A DNA stretch of 64,000 bases from Alphaproteobacteria bacterium. GTDB lineage: Bacteria > Pseudomonadota > Alphaproteobacteria > MPNO01. The stretch spans positions 3,360,001 to 3,424,000 of the forward strand of contig OZ219866.1 of assembly GCA_964291675.2 (NCBI GenBank), given 5' to 3'. Of this stretch, positions 57,189 to 64,000 are shown one piece after another. How positions within the stretch are numbered: the first letter of the stretch is position 1; every line of letters begins with the position of its first letter. The position numbers were made by a program, and so were the translations under genes. The notes beneath the pieces were generated by a model. The model had not been told where the DNA came from, searched no databases, and was given only the letters and a program-made list of their open reading frames with translations.

Positions 57189-57797
57189 ATGAAAGGATTT
57201 TCCAGCCCCAACTCGCCGTTCTCGCGCAAGGTGCGCGTGGTCGCGATCGAGACCGGCCAGGCGGATGCGATCGACTGGACGGTGGTGGCGCTCGGCGGCG
57301 CGATCCCGGCGCTGGAGGCGACCAACCCGATGGGGCAGGTTCCGGCGATCGTCACCGACGACGGCGCGGCGCTCTACGATTCGGCGGTGATCTGCGAATA
57401 CCTCGATGCCCGGCATGACGGGAAGCGGCTGTTTCCCGCCGCCGGCGAGGCGCGCTGGGAAGCGCTCCGCCTGCAGGCGCTGGGCGACGGGCTGGGCGCC
57501 GCCTCGGCCGCTCTCGCCGGCGAGCGCCGGCGTCCCGAGGAGCGCCGCTTCCAGCCCTTTTCCGACAACCAGTCCGGCAAGATCGCGCGTGCGCTCGCCC
57601 GTCTGGAGCACGACCTCGCCGCGCTCGAGGAGACGCTCACCATCGCGCCCATCGCCGCGGCCTGCGCGATCGGCTACATGGAGCTGCGCGATTGCGCTCC
57701 CGGCTGGCGCGACCGGCATCCGGCTCTCGCCGGCTGGTACGACCGCTTCGCCGCGCGGCCGTCGATGCGCGCCACCGCGCCGCCGCCTGTCGGATGA
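57189..57797 (+). CDS. Glutathione S-transferase
   Basis: SPFSRKVR, NPMGQVP, YDSAVICEYL. Confidence 0.9.
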   Translation: MKGFSSPNSPFSRKVRVVAIETGQADAIDWTVVALGGAIPALEATNPMGQVPAIVTDDGAALYDSAVICEYLDARHDGKRLFPAAGEARWEALRLQALGDGLGAASAALAGERRRPEERRFQPFSDNQSGKIARALARLEHDLAALEETLTIAPIAAACAIGYMELRDCAPGWRDRHPALAGWYDRFAARPSMRATAPPPVG

Positions 57798-57878
57798 AGC
57801 CGCCGGCGGCGGCTTGGAACGGGGCGCGTCGTCTGTTGTACTAGGGGTGTTTTCCAAACGAGGAACGGGGAGGCATTG

Positions 57879-58892
57879 ATGAAGTTCGCTCTGACGGCGT
57901 CGTGCGTCGCGGCGCTTGCGGCCGCGCTGGCCGCGGCGGGCGAGGCCCGCGCGCAGCAGACGACCAAGGTGAAATACGCCGAGGTCGTGCGCTCGGTGTT
58001 CTACCTGCCGAAATACGTTGCCATGGCCAACGGCTATTTCCGCGACCAGGGGATCGAGGTCGACATGACCACCGCCTGGGGCGGCGACAAGGGCACGGCG
58101 ATGCTGCTGTCCGGCAAGGTGGACGTGGTCCTCCAGGGACCGGAGACCGCGATCTATGTCGAGAACGGCGCCTCGCCCGAGAAGACCAAGATGTTCGCGG
58201 CCATCACCGCGACCGACGGGCTGTTCCTGATGTCCCGCGAGAAGATGACCATGGAGCAGTTCAAGTGGTCGATGATCAAGGGCAAGACGGTGATGGGCTG
58301 GCGCCCCGGCTCGACCCCCGGGCTGTTCCTCGAATACGCCATGAAGAAGCACGGCATCAGCCCGAAGAAGGACATCGACCACGTGACCAACATCGCCATC
58401 CCCGCCCGGGTCGGCGCCTGGATGGTCAACAAGGCGAGCTTCTCGGTGTTCTTCGAGCCCGATGTCAGCAAGCTCTCGCGCCAGGGGATCGCCTATCCCG
58501 TCGCCTCGGTCGGCAAGGAGGTCGGGCCGGTCGACTACACCGTGTTCATGGCGACCGACAGCTATATCGAGAAGAACCCAAAGATCGTCCAGGGCTGGGC
58601 CAACGCCATCCACAAGGCGCAGAAATGGATCCAGACCGCCGATGCCGAGACCGCGGCCAAGGCCATCACCAAGTGGTTCCCCAAGGTCGAGCTCGGCGAC
58701 ATCGCCGCCTCGGTCACGCGCTACCGCAAGTTCGGCATCTGGAAGACCGACCCGACCACCCATCCGCAGGCGATCTCCGCCTTGCAGGACATTTTGGTCG
58801 AGGGCGGCGTGCTGAAGGCCGACAAGCGGGTCGCCTATGAGCGTGTGGTGACCACGAAGTTCTCCGAGGCCGCCAAGAAGTCGATGCAATAG
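57879..58892 (+). CDS. ABC transporter substrate-binding protein (NMT1/SsuA-like)
   Basis: Signal peptide, FYLP.YVA...GYF..QG, FEP. Confidence 0.88.
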   Translation: MKFALTASCVAALAAALAAAGEARAQQTTKVKYAEVVRSVFYLPKYVAMANGYFRDQGIEVDMTTAWGGDKGTAMLLSGKVDVVLQGPETAIYVENGASPEKTKMFAAITATDGLFLMSREKMTMEQFKWSMIKGKTVMGWRPGSTPGLFLEYAMKKHGISPKKDIDHVTNIAIPARVGAWMVNKASFSVFFEPDVSKLSRQGIAYPVASVGKEVGPVDYTVFMATDSYIEKNPKIVQGWANAIHKAQKWIQTADAETAAKAITKWFPKVELGDIAASVTRYRKFGIWKTDPTTHPQAISALQDILVEGGVLKADKRVAYERVVTTKFSEAAKKSMQ

Positions 58893-58905
58893 GCGGCGGC
58901 GCGGC

Positions 58906-59703
58906 ATGGCGGCGGGCGAGGCGACCCCCAAGGTCGAGCTGCGCGACATCCACCTCCGCTACTTCACCCTGGAGGGGGAGACGGAGGCGGTGCGCGGGCT
59001 GTCGCTCGGGATCCGGCCGGGCGAGTTCGTCGGCATCGTCGGCCAGAGCGGCTGCGGCAAGTCGACGCTGCTCTCGCTGATCGCCGGCATCCTCGAGCCC
59101 ACCGCCGGCGAGGTGCTGGTGGACGGCCGGCCGGTGCGCGGGCCCTCGCCGGTCTGCGGCTACATGCTGCAGCAGGACTATCTGTTCGAGTGGCGCTCGA
59201 TCCTGCAGAACGTGCTGATCGGGCCGGAGATCCAGGGGCTCGACATGGGCCGCGCGCGGGAGCGGGCGCTGGAGCTCCTGCGCCGCTACGGCCTCGGCGA
59301 GTTCACCGGGCACTACCCGCACCAGCTCTCGGGCGGGATGCGCCAGCGCGCGGCGCTCGCCCGCACGCTGTGCACCGAGCCCGAGATCCTGCTGCTCGAC
59401 GAGCCGTTCTCGGCGCTCGACTTCCAGACCCGCCTCGCGCTGGCCGACGAGGTGGGCGAGATCCTGCGCCGCGAGGGCAAGACGGTGATCCTGGTCACCC
59501 ACGACATCTCGGAGGCCGTCAGCATGGCCGACCGGGTGGTGGTGATGAGCAAGCGGCCGGGCTTCGTCAAGGCGGAGCACGAGATCCGCTTCGCCGATGC
59601 CGGCGCCGGCCGGCCGACGCCGTTCGAGGCGCGCAACCGGCCCGAGTTCCGAGACTACTTCAACCAGATCTGGGGAGAGCTGGAGATCCATGTCGGCGGC
59701 TGA
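58906..59703 (+). CDS. ABC transporter ATP-binding protein (TauB/SsuB-like)
   Basis: GQSGCGKS, LSGGMRQR, LLDEPFSALD. Confidence 0.95.
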   Translation: MAAGEATPKVELRDIHLRYFTLEGETEAVRGLSLGIRPGEFVGIVGQSGCGKSTLLSLIAGILEPTAGEVLVDGRPVRGPSPVCGYMLQQDYLFEWRSILQNVLIGPEIQGLDMGRARERALELLRRYGLGEFTGHYPHQLSGGMRQRAALARTLCTEPEILLLDEPFSALDFQTRLALADEVGEILRREGKTVILVTHDISEAVSMADRVVVMSKRPGFVKAEHEIRFADAGAGRPTPFEARNRPEFRDYFNQIWGELEIHVGG

Positions 59704-60538
59704 CCGCGACGCAGGGCCGGAAGCGAGCGGGCAGGCCGGCGCCCCGAGCGACATGTACGCGGCCTTCCTGCGCCGGGTGCGCATCCGGCGGCGGATGATC
59801 CTCGCCTGCCAGATCCTCGCCCTGCTCGGCTTCGTGCTGGTCTGGGAGATCGCCCCGCGGGCGCATTGGGTGAACCCGATGCTGACCAGCTACCCCTCGG
59901 CGATCTGGCCGGCCTTCGTCGAGATGGTCGGGGCCGAGGACAACAACATCCTGTTCCACACCTGGATCACCCTGGTCGAGACCGTGGTCGGCTTCGCCAT
60001 CTCCATGGCGCTCGGCGTGGCGGTGGCCATGGCGCTCTGGTGGTGGGAGTTCCTCTACCGCGTGGTCGACCCGTTCATGGTGGTGGCCAATGCGCTGCCC
60101 AAGATCGCGCTGGTGCCGATCTTCTATATCTGGCTCGGCGACGAAGCCTCGATCTACGCCATGGCGGTGGCGATCGCGCTGTTCATCACCATCCTGATGG
60201 TCTATTCGGGGTTCCGCGAGACCGACCCCAACAAGATCAAGCTGATCCGCACCTTCGGCGCCAGCAAGGCGCAGATCCTGCGCAAGGTGGTGCTGCCCGG
60301 CAACGTCCCGGTGATGATCGCCGCGCTCAAGATCAATGTCGGGCTCGCTTTGGTGGGCGTCATCGTCGGCGAGTTCCAGGCGGCCAAGGCCGGGCTCGGC
60401 CACCTGATCATCTACGGCAGCCAGATCTTCGCCATGAACCTGGTGATGACCGCGATCACCATCCTCGCGGCGATCTCGACGGTGATGTACCTGATCATCC
60501 TCTATGTCGAGAACCGGGTGATGCAGCACCGGCAATAG
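59690..60538 (+). CDS. ABC transporter permease
   Basis: TM helices, LPKIALVP, GVIVGEF....GLG. Confidence 0.92.
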   Translation: MSAADRDAGPEASGQAGAPSDMYAAFLRRVRIRRRMILACQILALLGFVLVWEIAPRAHWVNPMLTSYPSAIWPAFVEMVGAEDNNILFHTWITLVETVVGFAISMALGVAVAMALWWWEFLYRVVDPFMVVANALPKIALVPIFYIWLGDEASIYAMAVAIALFITILMVYSGFRETDPNKIKLIRTFGASKAQILRKVVLPGNVPVMIAALKINVGLALVGVIVGEFQAAKAGLGHLIIYGSQIFAMNLVMTAITILAAISTVMYLIILYVENRVMQHRQ

Positions 60539-60619
60539 CCGGCTCCGCCCGGTGCCCGGCGTCCGGCGTACAAGTGGGCGCGGTGGCGGCTCGCGCCCCC
60601 TTGCGGAAGCTCCACCGGC

Positions 60620-60945
60620 ATGAGCCAACGGTCGGGTATTTCGGCGCGATCGGCTCGGGCGGCGGTTCGGTGCGTCGCTTCGTGCGCAGGCTGGAGCGGC
60701 CGGGCGTGGCGCTCCGTTTCCGCTACCAGGCGGCGCCGACCGGGTACGCCGCGTTCTGGCCGGGAGCGCGTTGTTCTACCGCTATCCCGCCCGAGTGGGG
60801 AAGAAGAAGCAACTCGCGGCGCGGCACCTGCCGGAAGCCGCCCGGGAGGCGGCATGGAAGGCGCGGGCGCGTCTGACGAGGCGCTACCGCGCGCTGACCG
60901 CGCCGGGCAAACGCAGCACGGTCGCCATCGCCACGGCGGTGGAGC
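60620..60945 (+). pseudogene. IS110-family transposase remnant, internally deleted
   Basis: VRRFVRRL...FRYQAAPTGY resembles the N-terminal CYEAGPTG; YRYPARVG...AWKARARL..RYR.L...GK..VA resembles the IS110 C-terminus. Confidence 0.65.
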
Positions 60946-61297
60946 TCGGTCTGGACATCTGTTCCGGGGCGATGACGATCTTCCGCTCGAAGCGCGGCGA
61001 CCGGCTTTCTTCTCGCGTCACCGCGAAGCGACGGCCCGTCTCCAGGACCATGTCGAGCGCCTCGGCCGATCGTCAATCGCGGCAGAGTGGTGCGCGATTT
61101 GAGATGGTTTGCCGACGTGGGTGCCCGGTCGGTGTAGCGCTACGACATATGCTGCAACCCGAAGGCCCGCAACGCCACGTCATGGGCCGCCGGAGCCGCA
61201 ATCCCGCACGGCATCGCGCGGGCCAATCGGGCGAGCCCGCGAAGCAGGAGAAAATGGAGGCTCGCCAGGCGTGCCTTGCGCATGGGAGGCGAAACCG

Positions 61298-62056
61298 TCA
61301 CCCGGTGATCGTGCCGCCGTCCACGGTGATCGTCTGGCCGGTAACCAGCGCGGCCGCGTCGGACGCAAGAAACGCCGCCGTGCCGACAAGGTCGGACGGT
61401 TCGATCAGCCGCTTGACGCTTTGCGACCGCATGATTTCGGCTTCCAGCTCGCTCACGGCCGCCGCATCCGCCATCGATCTCGTCGCCTCGGTGGTGATGT
61501 AGCCCGGAGCCAGCGCGTTCACCGTCACGCCCGAGCCGGCGAGCTCACGCGAGAGGGCGCCGGTCAGCGCCCAGACAGCCCCCTTGGACGCGACGTAGTG
61601 GAGAAAGCCGGGCTTTCCCATGAAGATCACGTTGCTGGCGACATTGATGATGCGCCCTGCGCCCTGCGCCCGCATCGGGGCCGCGACCGCCCGGCACATC
61701 TGCCAGACGCCCTTTACGTTGACCGACATCACCCGGTCCCATTCCGGTTCCGGGATATCTTCAAAACCCCTGATGGCGATCCCGCCATAGAGCGCGGCGT
61801 TGTTGAGAAGCACGTCGACACGCCCGAACGCATCCACCGCGGCGGCGACGATCGCCGCAGCATCGCCCGCCGAGGTCACGTCGCCGGTGGCCGGGATCGC
61901 CTCGCCCGACGCCTCCCCGATTTGCCGGATCGTCGCGTCGCAGCTCAGCCGGTCGGCGGCGACGACCCGTGCGCCCAGGCTCGCGAAATGCAGCGCGAAT
62001 TCGCGGCCGATCCCGCGGGCGGCGCCGGTGACGATGCAGACGCGCCCCTTCAGCAT
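61298..62056 (-). CDS. SDR oxidoreductase
   Basis: TGAARGIG, NNAA, YVASK. Confidence 0.92.
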   Translation of the reverse strand: MLKGRVCIVTGAARGIGREFALHFASLGARVVAADRLSCDATIRQIGEASGEAIPATGDVTSAGDAAAIVAAAVDAFGRVDVLLNNAALYGGIAIRGFEDIPEPEWDRVMSVNVKGVWQMCRAVAAPMRAQGAGRIINVASNVIFMGKPGFLHYVASKGAVWALTGALSRELAGSGVTVNALAPGYITTEATRSMADAAAVSELEAEIMRSQSVKRLIEPSDLVGTAAFLASDAAALVTGQTITVDGGTITG

Positions 62057-62062
62057 GACCCG

Positions 62063-62755
62063 CTAGCCGGCGAAGCTCCCGGGGCCGGGCCACGGATCGC
62101 CCAGGCGCCAGGCGGCGTCGAAGACGTGGACCTGGTGCTGAACGCTGCGCAGGAAGACACGGTCCAACGCCTGAAGATTGGATTCGCGCAGATCGGCCGT
62201 GCAGGTCTCCAGCGCGGCGACGAGGGCGTTCACCTGCTGCCTCTGGAAGGGGCGGCGGTAGTGGTCGATCCATTTGCGATAGACCGCGCGGTGCCGCGAG
62301 AGATCCTTGTCCTTCAGCCAGTCGCCGATCTCGGCGAAACCGACGCAGCAGGGCAGGGTGGCGGCGAATATCTCGAACGCGGTCCCTTCATGGGCGGTGC
62401 GCACGAGGTGGTTCATGTACCCTTCCCGCGCCTTGAGGGCGGCCCAGCGGTCCGTCGAGTACTCGTTGCAGCCGATCTCGGCGAGCCACTCTTCCTCGAC
62501 ATTGCCTTCGTCGTAATCGGCGATCAGCTTGAGGAAGGGGCGGAAGTGCCGCAGGTCGCCGGGGCCCAGCTTGGCGAAGCCCATGAAATAGACCCGGGAG
62601 AAATCGGCGAGATACGGCAGGTCCTGGACCAGGAAGAAGCGGAACCGCTCGACGCTGAGATCGCCGTCGTGGATGCCGACCAGCCAGGGGTGGCGGACAT
62701 AGGCGGTCCAGCTCTCCCCCGCATGCGCCTTGAGCCGTTCCACCAGCCTGCCCAT
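62063..62755 (-). CDS. TenA/thiaminase II family protein
   Basis: HPWL..I.DG.L....F.FFLVQD..YL, LPC, Y.KWI..Y. Confidence 0.85.
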   Translation of the reverse strand: MGRLVERLKAHAGESWTAYVRHPWLVGIHDGDLSVERFRFFLVQDLPYLADFSRVYFMGFAKLGPGDLRHFRPFLKLIADYDEGNVEEEWLAEIGCNEYSTDRWAALKAREGYMNHLVRTAHEGTAFEIFAATLPCCVGFAEIGDWLKDKDLSRHRAVYRKWIDHYRRPFQRQQVNALVAALETCTADLRESNLQALDRVFLRSVQHQVHVFDAAWRLGDPWPGPGSFAG

Positions 62756-62952
62756 CGCGGCCTCGCTCTCCGCCCCGAACCGGATGCCCCACGGCGCACA
62801 GGCTAGCGGTGGCGGCGCGCCCGCGCCAACCGTTTTCCCGCCCTATCGAAGGCCGCCCGCAGTGGTTATCCTTCTTCCGGATCTCTGACGAACCCACGTG
62901 TCGGTGCCTGAATTCGCGTGACCCGATGGACCACAAGAATGGGAGGCTGACC

Positions 62953-64000
62953 ATGAACTCAGCGACTTCGAGACGGCGTTTCCTTCAGACCACGGCGCTC
63001 GGCGGGATGGCCGCGGCCGTCGGATCGTCCGGGTGGATCGCGCCCGCCTTCGCCGCCGACCCGCTCCGCGTGACGCATTACGGCGGCCCGTACCGGGCGC
63101 TGGAAAAGCTCGTCGGGCAGACCTTCGAGAAGGCGGGTCACGGTCGCGTCGAGTACGAGCAGGACCAGCCCGGGCTGATCATCAGCAAGTGGAAGGCGCA
63201 GCCCGACGATCCGATCTACGACATCGGCTTCCTGACGAGGGATCCGACGGTCCGCGCCGGCAATGCCGGGCTGGTCGAGATCCTGTCGGACGCCGACATC
63301 CCGCTGCTCAAGGAGTGCCGTCCCGGGACGCTCGCGCCCGGCGGCGCCGGCGTCGCGATGGTCTTCGACGCCGTCGACGTGGTCTACAACAAGGATGGCG
63401 TCGGCAACCCGGTCGACTCGTGGCTCGATCTGTGGCGCCCGGAGGTGCGCGGCAAGCTGATGCTGCCGGCCGCGCCGCTCAACAGCATGATCGCGGTGGT
63501 GCTGTGCAGCATCGCGCGCGCCATGGGCGGCGACGAGAAGACCGTCGACAAGATCTTCCCCAAGGTCGCCGAGCTCAAGCCGCACGTGCGGAGCTTCTTC
63601 GGCGATCCGAACCAGGTCACGCAGCTCATGGAGCGAAAGGAGGTCGTGATCGCGCCGCAATACAGCGCGCGCATCGGGCTCGCGATCTCGAAGAACGCCT
63701 TCCTCGCCCGCGGCACGCCCAAGGAGGGGGTGCCCTCGCAGCCCTACGACCTGGCGATCGCCAAGGGCTCGAAGCGGATGAAGCTCGCGAAGACCTATGT
63801 GAACTACACCCTCCGGCAGGACGTGCAGAAGGCGATCTGCTCGGCGATCCCGCTCACCCCGGCCAACAAGAACGTCGAGCTGGACGAAGAGTTCGCCAAG
63901 CTGATCATTCAGGATCCGAGCCGGCTGTTCGAGTACGATTACGCCTATGTGGCGAGCCGGCAGGCCGAGTGGGCGGACCGCTGGGCGCGGGAGATCGCGG
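62953..64000 (+). CDS. Tat-exported ABC substrate-binding protein (PotD-like), 3'-truncated
   Basis: MNSATSRRRFLQ Tat signal, YGG, SWLDLW, PKEG; open to the window end and absent from the ORF track. Confidence 0.85.
   Translation, partial: MNSATSRRRFLQTTALGGMAAAVGSSGWIAPAFAADPLRVTHYGGPYRALEKLVGQTFEKAGHGRVEYEQDQPGLIISKWKAQPDDPIYDIGFLTRDPTVRAGNAGLVEILSDADIPLLKECRPGTLAPGGAGVAMVFDAVDVVYNKDGVGNPVDSWLDLWRPEVRGKLMLPAAPLNSMIAVVLCSIARAMGGDEKTVDKIFPKVAELKPHVRSFFGDPNQVTQLMERKEVVIAPQYSARIGLAISKNAFLARGTPKEGVPSQPYDLAIAKGSKRMKLAKTYVNYTLRQDVQKAICSAIPLTPANKNVELDEEFAKLIIQDPSRLFEYDYAYVASRQAEWADRWAREIA

Overview
High-GC alphaproteobacterial chromosome segment, Rhodospirillales-like by inference from gene order and repeat families. 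The core backbone is tRNA-Leu, tig, clpP, clpX, lon, hupB, tRNA-Val, tRNA-Asp, but ~14.6 kb of accessory DNA separates the first clpP from clpX. A ~980-bp near-identical duplication of the tig 3' end plus clpP brackets an intact five-gene minus-strand cassette: DUF6932-like nucleotidyltransferase, XRE-HTH/ImmA-IrrE peptidase fusion, Cys-rich DUF4186 protein, P-loop NMP-kinase-like protein and small cupin. This cassette is the best candidate for an undescribed, possibly defence or nucleotide-modification, system. A second, decayed cargo follows (RloA-like ATPase, rloB and HATPase remnants, STAS-like protein, membrane protein), flanked by ~312-bp composite REP repeats. The rest is mostly catabolic and transport genes, plus an MTase-nuclease pair, a ParDE-like toxin-antitoxin pair, an IS110 remnant and many REP-like palindromes. 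A complete group II intron sits exactly inside one terminal inverted repeat of a ~270-bp MITE-like element. All family calls come from motif recognition by eye, not database searches.
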